NCBI GenBank assembly: GCA_963813125.1
Contig: CAWEZA010000054.1
Location: forward strand, 1-64,000
Length of the DNA stretch: 64,000 nucleotides
Reading direction: 5' to 3'
From: an uncultured delta proteobacterium
GTDB lineage: Bacteria > Desulfobacterota > Syntrophobacteria > Syntrophobacterales > Syntrophobacteraceae
Shown here: positions 10,080 to 17,974 of the stretch, one piece after another
Layout of the letters: the number at the start of each line of letters is the position of its first letter
How positions within the stretch are numbered: the stretch's first letter is position 1
The notes under the pieces: generated by a model
The model's database searches: none
What the model was told of the DNA's origin: nothing
Seen by the model: only the letters and a program-made list of their open reading frames with translations
Made by a program: the position numbers and the translations under genes

Positions 10080-10372
10080 GCCGCCGTCTCCTCGGGCGCC
10101 GCCTCGCTTGTGGTGACCGCCTCGCTTTTCGTCTCGATCGTTATCTTGATGGATTCCCCCGAATTAAGAATGGTCTTGTTTTCACTCACAGCCATCCCGC
10201 AGTAGCCGAAAGTCACCGTGAGCAGCTTCGCGAGAAGAGTCTCGATCTGCTTTTTGATAATCTTGTCGTTTGCCTCCAATGCTATCTCCTCTCTTTTCCG
10301 GAAAAGGCTTCGCTCATGTCGATCGCAGCGCCCGGCGGTGGCCATTTCCCCGATCCGTCGCACACCGTGCAC
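10076..10372 (-). CDS. Hypothetical phage protein
   Basis: A 98-aa ORF with a 4-nt overlap to its downstream neighbour. Confidence 0.3.
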   Translation of the reverse strand: MHGVRRIGEMATAGRCDRHERSLFRKREEIALEANDKIIKKQIETLLAKLLTVTFGYCGMAVSENKTILNSGESIKITIETKSEAVTTSEAAPEETAA

Positions 10373-10647
10373 GGTCCTTCGGCGCTGGTTCTGGATCGAT
10401 CTTTCCTCATCGCGCTCACCTGGCCGCGCTCATTTCATGCTCGACACAAAAACCGGCGTTCTCGTCTGTATAAAAAAGCCCGTTCACAATGTAGCCCCCT
10501 GAAACCGGATAACCGTCGCAAAGGGCGCAGGGCTCAAAGAGGGGACCGGCCGACGCCGGCGCGGCCGCGGCTTTCATCGAAACTGATTGACCGATTACCT
10601 GCATCGTACTTTTCCCTTCCTTGTTGGTCGTTTTGGGTGATCCGGTT

Positions 10648-10878
10648 TTAGCCGGGGGCCTTTTTGATTCTTGTCCAGACCTGGAATCCCGTGCAGGTCT
10701 TTCTCGCCTCGACCTCATAGTCCGGATCTCCGAGCTGGTTTTCTACTTCGACGATCGCTGGCGCTTCGTCCAGGACCAGTGATGCTTGATGCCAACCTCT
10801 TCGCCGCATTTGCTCGGTCGTGATGTCCGCCCTGGCCGAATAGATAATCGCCTTCGCCTGCTCTCTTCGGATTCCCAT
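10648..10878 (-). CDS. Hypothetical phage protein
   Basis: A 76-aa ORF. Confidence 0.3.
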   Translation of the reverse strand: MGIRREQAKAIIYSARADITTEQMRRRGWHQASLVLDEAPAIVEVENQLGDPDYEVEARKTCTGFQVWTRIKKAPG

Positions 10879-10892
10879 GGCCGGATTCCCCT

Positions 10893-11201
10893 TTACCCGT
10901 TCACCGTCTTCACTTCTCCCCGCCGAAACAAGGGCTTACGGCCGAGCTTGTGGCACCCGCAGTATTGTGCCGGTTCCTCGTGTATGATGCATCTCGCCTG
11001 GCCGTCCTCGTCATAGTAGACGGGATTTGTCAGCGGCAGGGATGCGACGATTTCGCGCACCCGGCAAAGGGCGCCTTCGATCCGGTCGTAATGTTTTGAA
11101 TAAAATCTGTCCGACATTAGTTTTCTGATGTCCATTAGCTGATCCTTCCCTGTAGGTTTGTTTACCCGTTCACCGTCTTCACTTCTCCCCGCCGGAACCA
11201 C
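10893..11201 (-). CDS. Hypothetical Cys-containing phage protein; its C-terminal 11 aa are identical to the neighbouring gene's
   Basis: A 102-aa ORF. Its last residues FRRGEVKTVNG are encoded by a 34-bp sequence repeated at 11161..11194. Confidence 0.4.
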   Translation of the reverse strand: MVPAGRSEDGERVNKPTGKDQLMDIRKLMSDRFYSKHYDRIEGALCRVREIVASLPLTNPVYYDEDGQARCIIHEEPAQYCGCHKLGRKPLFRRGEVKTVNG

Positions 11202-11365
11202 GCCTCCAGCTTGCTCGCCTCGTAGCGTATCAGCCGGCTGTGCGGGATCTTCACATACTCCGGGCCCACTCCCTGAGCCCGCCAGCAGGCAAGCGTCTGC
11301 GTCGCGACCCCGTACAGCTCCGATACCTCAACCGGCGTAAGCCACTTTTTCTGCAGCCCCATCAC
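11162..11365 (-). CDS. AlpA/excisionase-like HTH regulator
   Basis: WLTPVEVSELYGVATQTLACWRAQGVGPEYVKI resembles the prophage CP4-57 AlpA-type HTH. Confidence 0.55.
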   Translation of the reverse strand: MMGLQKKWLTPVEVSELYGVATQTLACWRAQGVGPEYVKIPHSRLIRYEASKLEAWFRRGEVKTVNG

Positions 11366-11510
11366 CCGCTCCTTTTACTGCCAGTGCCCGCAAAACCCGC
11401 CCGAATAAGGACGCCGCTACTCGCCATTTACAGCCACATCCGAATCGGATACCGAATAGCCCGCCTGATCCTCCTCGACGCGTATAATGCTGCGTTTCAC
11501 ACCGCGCCGC

Positions 11511-11756
11511 TCAGCCCCGATCCGGTCGAGCGCGGACCTGTCCGGTACGCTCAGGATCGCCGCGAGATCCTCCAGGATCTGGATCGTAATCTGGCCGCGA
11601 GGCTCGAAGATCCGTCCCGAGGTACCGGAGAGCCACCTGGATGAGCGTCCCGGGCTCGTAGCCGAGCTTTCTCGCCATCGTGGACATCTGCAGGTCGTTA
11701 TCCAGCAGCCATATCCGCAACGCTCGTTTTGATGTTGTGCTCAAGGGGTTGCTCAT
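11511..11756 (-). CDS. Small DNA-binding protein heading the leftward early operon (Cro-like position)
   Basis: An 81-aa ORF starting MSNPL with an AAGGAG RBS. It is divergent from the XRE repressor, and a degraded paralog exists at 17849..17944. Confidence 0.5.
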   Translation of the reverse strand: MSNPLSTTSKRALRIWLLDNDLQMSTMARKLGYEPGTLIQVALRYLGTDLRASRPDYDPDPGGSRGDPERTGQVRARPDRG

Positions 11757-11810
11757 ACTATAAACTCCTTTGTGTAGTGTTGAAGACATTATAAATCGGG
11801 ATTCCGAACA

Positions 11811-12146
11811 GTGTCAACAAGAAAAAGTCGTAATGTCGAACAAAAAATTGGGGCTCGCCTCCAGGCCTTCAGAAGGGAAAAAAGCTACTCGATAAGGCGA
11901 CTCAGCGAAATAACTGGGATAGCCGCTTCAACGCTTTCCGAAATCGAGACGGAAAAATATGAACCTGGAGCGCAAAAGCTTCAAGATCTCGTTCGTAAAA
12001 CCGATCTGAATGCACTCTGGCTGCTGACAGGCGAGGGGGAAATGCTCAGGTCGGCGATCCAGGCGCAGGCCGCCCCGGTGTCCGAGGAGGAAAGGGCGCT
12101 CGCCGATCTCCTCTCCGAGGGCCAAAGCTGTCCTGGTGTCCGATGA
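11811..12146 (+). CDS. XRE-family HTH transcriptional regulator (CI/Cro-type)
   Basis: IGARLQAFRREKSYSIRRLSEITGIAASTLSEIE is an XRE HTH. The gene is divergent from the 11511 gene across a 54-bp intergenic region. Confidence 0.7.
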   Translation: MSTRKSRNVEQKIGARLQAFRREKSYSIRRLSEITGIAASTLSEIETEKYEPGAQKLQDLVRKTDLNALWLLTGEGEMLRSAIQAQAAPVSEEERALADLLSEGQSCPGVR

Positions 12147-12321
12147 CGACGTCATCGCGACGGCCCTGCGCTCCAACATCATCGCCTTCCACAAGGCGAT
12201 CATGGACACGAAGCGCGCGCACCTCACCGCCGAGGCCCAAAACGCCCGCCTCGAAGCCCTGGAAAAAAAGATGGGGGACGCTCCAAAGAAGCAAAATACT
12301 GGTACAGAAGGGGAAATGTAG
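12136..12321 (+). CDS. Hypothetical small phage protein
   Basis: A 61-aa ORF overlapping the end of the regulator gene. Confidence 0.3.
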   Translation: MSDDDVIATALRSNIIAFHKAIMDTKRAHLTAEAQNARLEALEKKMGDAPKKQNTGTEGEM

Positions 12322-12385
12322 TCTATGCAACGTTCGGTAAATTCGGAAGCCAGGTGCGTGCGAATACTTTTAAAAACACAAACTC

Positions 12386-14030
12386 GTGAAACAGCGCCTC
12401 AATGAAACAAATGAAAGGAGGAGGGGGCAAATCCCCGCCGGCGACAAAATGATCCGTCTCATGAAAAATGCGTCATACGAGGTGCAAGCGCTTTTTGAGT
12501 GGATCGAATACATCCTGGAGGCGCGCAAAAACAAAAAGAGCGGAAAACCGCCGCCAATCCGGGCAGGCAGGGAGTATCGCGAGGCGCTCAAAGCCATCAA
12601 TGATGGCGAACCGATTATATTCGTATCGGGAAGGGCTGGAACGGGCAAGACGTGCTTGATCGAATTTCTTCAGAAAAAACTCTCCCAACGAAACATTGCG
12701 ATCGTTGCGCCAGCCGGAGTCGCCGCCCTTAACTTGCCGCGGGCGCACGATACACTCCTTCTTTCGATTCAGCCGCGATATCGACCTCAAAAGAATACAG
12801 ACGGTCAAGAACAAAAAACAAAGGCTACAATATGAAAAGCTCGATCTGCTCATCGTAGATGAAGTCTCCATGGTGCGAGCGGACTTTGATGGACGCTATG
12901 GTGAAATTCCTCGAACTCAATGGGAGGCAGCCCGGCGCTTCGTTCGGCGGCGTTCAGGTGGTCCTGATCGGCGATCTTTTACAGCTTCCACCCGTCGTAA
13001 AATGGAAGAATAAGCTTGACAAGGAAAAGTTTGATAAGAAAAACGGGGTGTACGCCAGCAGGTACTTTTTCGGCGCAAAATTTTTGGAGGGTTCAAAGGA
13101 GAGTCCAACACCCTACTTCATAGAGCTTAAGCAAAATCGACGACAGAAAGACCGTAAATTCCGAGAGTGCCTTGATAGCATACGGATCGCGGAAGGCCAC
13201 ACCGAGGCAGTCGAGACAATCAACGCGAGTTGCCACCGAAGGGACAACCCGGACGGAAGCACTCTCGTTCTGACATACACCAGGAAAGATGCCGCGAGAA
13301 TTAATAACGATAAAATCCATGAGTTGGCCAAGCCCCGACAACCGGCGCTATTTCAGGCACAAACAGGAGGCAAATCCCGCTGCAGGACGACAATGAGGGA
13401 GACGAAGAGAACAGACACCCATATTGTCCCGCACCGAGGGAGCTAAAGCTCGCAAAGGGGGCGCCGATCATGTTTATTCTAAACGATAAAGACGGAAAAT
13501 GGGTCAACGGCACCCTGGGAGTGGTCGAATCAGTCCCAAGCGACTTTGGCCCTCCGATCGTCGTAGTGCTAAAGGACCGCCCCACGGTGAAGATAGAGGT
13601 TGAACCTGAAACATGGTGGTTTGACAAAGAATACTCCCCCATTGAACCCGAAGACAGTGAAAAGTTTGATACCTATAAACAGTATCCAATCATGCTGGCA
13701 TGGGCCGTTACAATACATAAGGCCCAAGGCCTTACGCTAGACAGCGTCGGGATTGACCTGGGCAAGGTAAAGGATAAGGGCGACAAGGAGCAAGAAAGGG
13801 CAATCTCGGAGAAAGGTCTATTGTATGTGGCTCTCAGCCGCTGCAGGTCCCTCGCTGGCATAAAACTGGAGAACAAGATCAAGGACTCGGATATCAAGGC
13901 AAGCGAGGAGGCATGTGAGTATTACTGCAAGCTCAGGGCTTACCAATCACAGCGATCCGCCCGATTTAAGCCCTACTGTCCCCCCTCTGCCAAGGCTCAT
14001 CGCGTGAAGGACTCGCCGATAAATCTCAGG
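12386..14030 (+). pseudogene. PIF1/RecD-like helicase disrupted by three frameshifts (ORFs 12386.., 12696.., 12859.., 13470..)
   Basis: Walker A GRAGTGKT, Walker B LLIVDEVSMV, GGVQVVLIGDLLQLPPV and the C-terminal AVTIHKAQGLTLD...YVALSRCR motifs fall in four different frames (2, 0, 1, 0). Confidence 0.75.
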
Positions 14031-14037
14031 CGTTCGG

Positions 14038-14207
14038 TGAATGTACAAGCCGCGAAAGCAAGGAGGCGATTCTCTGAAATTATCGAGCGGGCGGGCTGCG
14101 GACGAGAGCGCATTGTCCTGACAAGGCGAGGCAAGCCGCGCGCAGTCCTCGTATCGATCGAGGATCTCAAGTTACTCGAAGATCGTGTTGACAGTGATAA
14201 TGAATGA
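14038..14207 (+). CDS. Phd/YefM-like antitoxin N-terminal domain (possibly truncated, orphan)
   Basis: RFSEIIERAGCGRERIVLTRRGKPRAVLVSIEDLKLLED matches the Phd/YefM core (ITRRGKPVAVLVS). It reads in frame with the helicase tail, and a GTG start at 14038 was assumed. Confidence 0.4.
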
Positions 14208-14351
14208 AATCCCCGAAAGGGAAGGGCGGCCGCAGGCGATCCGCACCCCGGCCCCGGCCCCCTTGACGCCGGCATCCGGAAAGTGTACCGTTGAATACAC
14301 ATTGCAGTGTGATCGGAACGCGCGGCGGACCATCAAAGGGAAGGATTGCCA

Positions 14352-14624
14352 ATGCTTAGTGTGCAACTCGATGAAGGCCTCGAAAAAAGATTCGAGCAAC
14401 TCTGCGCGGCGGTCAAAAGAGACCGGGAAGACTGCCTGCGCGAGGCGATCGAGCAGTATATGGAGGACCTGGAGGATATCATCGTCGCGACCAGGCGGCT
14501 AAATGACGATGATGCCGAAACCTCTGAAATTATGGCGGATGCCGGCCTGATGGAATCGATCCGAGAGGGCAGGGACCAGGCAAGACAAAGGATCGGCCGA
14601 CGCATTGAAGAAATCGACGTCTGA
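14352..14624 (+). CDS. Ribbon-helix-helix antitoxin (RelB/ParD/CopG-like)
   Basis: MLSVQLDEGLEKRFEQLCAAVKRDREDCLREAIEQYMEDLED is an RHH fold signature. The stop overlaps the toxin's start (ATGA). Confidence 0.7.
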   Translation: MLSVQLDEGLEKRFEQLCAAVKRDREDCLREAIEQYMEDLEDIIVATRRLNDDDAETSEIMADAGLMESIREGRDQARQRIGRRIEEIDV

Positions 14625-14923
14625 TGGATTGGGCGGTTTACTTCACGGAAGAAGCCCGCAAATTGCTCCTGCGCATTGAGGACAGACGCGTTCGGGCGCT
14701 CATCAAGTCGAGGGCCTTGCGTTTGAGCGCAAGTCCCCGCACGCAGGGTAAAGCGCTTGGCGGAGAACTTTCCGGCTTAAGAAGCGTGCGAGCCGCCGGG
14801 CAGCGTTACCGAATCATCTATGAAGTGTTTCCCGAAACAGGCGAAGTGTGGGTTGTGGCATTGGGCATACGCAAAGCGGGCAGCCGCGATGACGCGTATG
14901 AACTGGCGAAGCATTTGCGTTAA
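14624..14923 (+). CDS. RelE/ParE-family toxin
   Basis: A 99-aa protein. RYRIIYEVFPETGEVWVVALGIRKAGSRDDAY matches the RelE/ParE C-terminal pattern (riiYrv..e...v.vl.igh.rk..Y). Confidence 0.75.
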   Translation: MDWAVYFTEEARKLLLRIEDRRVRALIKSRALRLSASPRTQGKALGGELSGLRSVRAAGQRYRIIYEVFPETGEVWVVALGIRKAGSRDDAYELAKHLR

Positions 14924-14946
14924 ACCCTTTTAGATCGCCCGGCTCC

Positions 14947-16218
14947 TCAAACCGGCCCCTCCGCCTCCCCACGCTCCACAGTCTGCCCCGCGCCCTCCGC
15001 GATCTCTCCTATCGCCGTTCCCTCCGGAGTGGACAGCATGGCCTGCAGGGCCATGGCGGCGTTGCGCTTCTGGTCCGGGCAAAGATGCGCGTATCTCTCC
15101 GTCTGCTCGATCTTGCCGTGCCCCATCAGCTCCTTTATCGTCTGAAGGCTAGCTCCCGATATCGCAAGCCAGCTCCCGAAGGTGTGCCGCAGGGAATGGA
15201 AAACGAGCTTGTGCCGCCTGTCCCTGACTCCGGCGTTTAGCCCCAGGTCCTCGACGGCTTTGAAAAAACTCCCGGAAACGCTTTTTATCTTCTTTCCGCC
15301 GCGGTCGGTGAAGACGTGTTCGTCCGGGCGGCCGCCCTCGGCGAAGACAACGGCCAGCTCGTCGGTCATGTACGCCTTCCGCGCGAGATCCCCCTTCGGC
15401 CCCCGCGAGTAGTCCGGCCCGAGGATGTGGATCGTCCTGTCTTTGACATCGACGTCGGCCCACCGGAGGTTCCAGATTTCTCCGGCGCGCATGCCCGTGT
15501 GAAGCCCCACGAGGCAAATTTCGTAAAGTCTCTGGCTGTACATCTGGACGCGCTGCAGCAAAAGGTGCGCCTCGCTTCGGCTAAGATATCTCAGCCTGTT
15601 CGTGTGCCGGGTGCTGGGGAACTTAATCCCCCGGGTAGGGTTTTCCCCGTGAAAGTCACCCCACGCGATCGCCTTGTTGATCACTTCGCGGGCAAGTCCC
15701 AGGACGTGCTTTATCGTTTGCGGGGAAAGCTTCTGCTTTGTGAGACCGCTCTTTATCCGCTCGAAGTGAAACGGGCTTATCTCCGAGAGCGCGAGATGCC
15801 CCAGGGCGTCCTTGAGATGCTTCTCATATCTCACCTTATCATCCCCGAAGCTGCGCCGGTTCACCTGCGCCCACTCGTAAAACTTCTCCCACGCCTCGGA
15901 AAAGGGCAGCTCCTTTTTCTCCCCGGGCAGCTCCTCTCCGTGCCTCATGGCCCGGATTCTCTCCGCGCGGATGTGCCCGGCCATCTGCGGCGTATAGCCC
16001 TCGCTCTGCCACCCGATCTTTTCCCACTTGAGCTTTCCGGCCCGCGTCTTGTAGCAGATGTCGTAGCACTTGTCGGGCTTTCCCAAATGCCTCCTCACCG
16101 CCGACTCCCGGACAAACACCCCGGTCCTGTGAGTCTTTTGCCTCGTCCCCGCCGCCTTGACCTCTCCAGCCTCTTTCACCGGCGCTCCCTTCCTTCGAAA
16201 AAAAATCGCACCCGTCAC
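14947..16218 (-). CDS. int: Tyrosine-type site-specific integrase
   Basis: The C-terminal catalytic region HSLRHTFGSWLAISGASLQTIKELMGHGKIEQTERYAHL gives the R...H-x-x-R...Y signature. The gene is adjacent to a tRNA 3' fragment. Confidence 0.9.
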   Translation of the reverse strand: MTGAIFFRRKGAPVKEAGEVKAAGTRQKTHRTGVFVRESAVRRHLGKPDKCYDICYKTRAGKLKWEKIGWQSEGYTPQMAGHIRAERIRAMRHGEELPGEKKELPFSEAWEKFYEWAQVNRRSFGDDKVRYEKHLKDALGHLALSEISPFHFERIKSGLTKQKLSPQTIKHVLGLAREVINKAIAWGDFHGENPTRGIKFPSTRHTNRLRYLSRSEAHLLLQRVQMYSQRLYEICLVGLHTGMRAGEIWNLRWADVDVKDRTIHILGPDYSRGPKGDLARKAYMTDELAVVFAEGGRPDEHVFTDRGGKKIKSVSGSFFKAVEDLGLNAGVRDRRHKLVFHSLRHTFGSWLAISGASLQTIKELMGHGKIEQTERYAHLCPDQKRNAAMALQAMLSTPEGTAIGEIAEGAGQTVERGEAEGPV

Positions 16219-16306
16219 GACCTAAAAAAAACATCCCCCGAACCCCGAAAAAAACGCCCCCGCGGGGGCGGAAAATCCGTTTTTTACACCTCGATTTTTA
16301 TCCCAG

Positions 16307-16606
16307 TAGCTAACCCTTTGCTAACCTTTTCCCCCACGTTGCCATATCCCCCCATATCCCGAGCCCCCCGCGCCAAAAGGCACGACCCGCATGAAGCCTG
16401 CCTTTGCGCCCTCCCATGTCATCGGCCTGGTAAGCCGAAAGCAACGCCCCCCTCCGGAGCCCAAAAAAGCCTCCCCCCACCGGCCCGAACTTTTAAAAAA
16501 AATTCTCCAACGCCGGGACCTCGGATCCTGCCCCACCCGGCCTCCGAAATCAACTCTTTTTTGCTAACGCCTCGCTAACCTCCCGGCGATATCTCCCCAT
16601 ATCCCG
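16307..16606. repeat. Two ~50-bp imperfect direct-repeat modules (GCTAAC(C)x2 + ATATCCCC/CATATCCC) between int and the att core; candidate integrase arm-type sites
   Basis: GCTAACC lies at 16309, 16320 and 16574, and GCTAACG at 16563. (C)CATATCCC lies at 16343, 16353 and 16598. Confidence 0.45.
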
Positions 16607-16696
16607 CAATAACTCCCATCCCCCCGAACCACCCCCGAATCGGCCATCCACCCCCATTCCCCACCCCTCCCCGCATCCCGCCATACCCCCCGCACC

Positions 16697-16742
16697 ACGG
16701 CCTTTCACGCCGACGACACCGGTTCAAATCCGGTTGGGGACG
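16697..16742 (+). other. tRNA-Glu(UUC) 3' fragment (anticodon arm to acceptor 3' strand), probable att core/attR
   Basis: CGGC-CTTTCAC-GCCG forms an anticodon stem-loop with U33 and anticodon TTC. A T-arm ACCGG-TTCAAAT-CCGGT is followed by TGGGGACG, matching E. coli tRNA-Glu CUUUCAC...GGGGACGCCA. No D-arm or 5' acceptor strand is present upstream. Confidence 0.7.
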
Positions 16743-16753
16743 CTAGTAAGATC

Positions 16754-16791
16754 AAGGGGTTAAGCTGAGAAGCTTGACCCCTTTTTCTTTT
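16754..16791 (+). terminator. Rho-independent terminator (13-bp stem, GAGA loop, T-tract)
   Basis: AAGGGGTTAAGCT-GAGA-AGCTTGACCCCTT followed by TTTTTCTTTT. Confidence 0.7.
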
Positions 16792-17285
16792 GGGGGGGAC
16801 TTTTCAGGATAACCGGGACCGAGCGAAGCTCAATATGCCTTCCTGACGCGACTTGTGCCCTCTGGAGTAAAAGTTTCCATGGGCGAGTATCGGGGACGAT
16901 GATTTTGCCCGTCCTCTCCATTCATATTTTGAAATCAAAGATAAAACACTCCCTTTTCGCGTCAGGCTATGTATCTTTCGCCGACTGTAATCGCGCGGGC
17001 TAAAAAATAATGCCAAATATCCCCCCAAATGAGGCCATTACCCATATCAATCTACATGATCGGTCTTATATTACACTTGGTTTTATAAACCCTTCGTCTG
17101 GAGGAGCCGAAAGTCCTTATCCCTGAATCCTTATGCCGGAAAGGAGGGACCGATTGGAGTGAAGGCGTATGGGGTCTCGAACGCGGTCGGAGACCAAGCT
17201 TGAACCAATGAAGATGTTCAAGACGGAATCCGTCCGTATAGTCAGGTCCCTGGTTTACCGAATTGCCCGGAAAGGAGTGGATAAA

Positions 17286-17585
17286 ATGAGAAAAGCATTG
17301 GTTGTCGCGATCGCTGTTTCACTGCTCCTTATCGGCGGCGGCTTTGCGACCGCACAGGCGAATGGCTCCTGCAACATCAACTGGTCCGCCCTGTCTCCCT
17401 GCAACTGGCACGCGCCCAACCTGTGCGCGTTCCATTGTGACGCGGTGGCCGCGGAGCCCACGCCTCCTGCTGCGGAAGTAACTCCACCGACGCAGGAAAA
17501 ATGTTCACTTTGCAACATCAACTGGTCCGCCCTATCTCCCTGCAACTGGCACTGGCCGCATTTTTGCCCGGTCTGTGGCAGCTAA
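17286..17585 (+). CDS. Secreted Cys-rich small protein with two near-identical tandem repeats (CNINWSALSPCNWH)
   Basis: The RBS is GGAAAGGAG. The signal peptide is MRKALVVAIAVSLLLIGGGFATAQA. The mature ~75-aa region has 10 Cys, and the two ~43-nt DNA repeats differ at one position. Confidence 0.5.
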   Translation: MRKALVVAIAVSLLLIGGGFATAQANGSCNINWSALSPCNWHAPNLCAFHCDAVAAEPTPPAAEVTPPTQEKCSLCNINWSALSPCNWHWPHFCPVCGS

Positions 17586-17848
17586 GTCGGCGTGGGATGC
17601 TGAATTGAAGGGGGGTGACAATGCAGATTGAAACGTCGGACTTCCTTCCGATAAAACACCGGAAGGAAGTCCTGTTTTTGTGCCGTCCCGGCTTTATCGG
17701 GCCTGTAATAGAGAATGCTCCCCGCCCCGCCCATAACACACCCCGGCTATATCATTCGAGTACGGAGCTGTCCGGTACGCTCAGGATTGCCGCCAGGTCC
17801 TCGGCCGTCCCTATGTGTCGGCCCGGCATCCGGCAGCGGGTCCCCGGT

Positions 17849-17944
17849 TCACAGCCGAGCTTTTTCGCGATCGCAGATAGCTGCAGAGCGTTCCGGCAGC
17901 CACATCGGCAGCACTCGTTTTGATGTTGTGCGCAGATGGTTGCT
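17849..17944 (-). pseudogene. Degraded paralog of the 11511..11756 prophage gene (MSNHLRTTSKRVLPMW..., then out of frame)
   Basis: Nucleotide similarity to 11700-11760 extends through the RBS and start (aaactcctt...atgagcaac...caaaacgag). Indels break the frame after ~30 codons. Confidence 0.55.
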
Positions 17945-17974
17945 CATATATAAACTCCTTAGCGTCGAAGCGCC

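Noticed and set aside
15316-16578. 420-aa ORF on the + strand
   Set aside because: It is antisense to the integrase, which has a clear catalytic signature. It is Pro/Arg/Leu-rich with no motif.
16804-17028. 74-aa minus-strand ORF just outside the att site
   Set aside because: It has no RBS or motif. The region looks like intergenic spacer.
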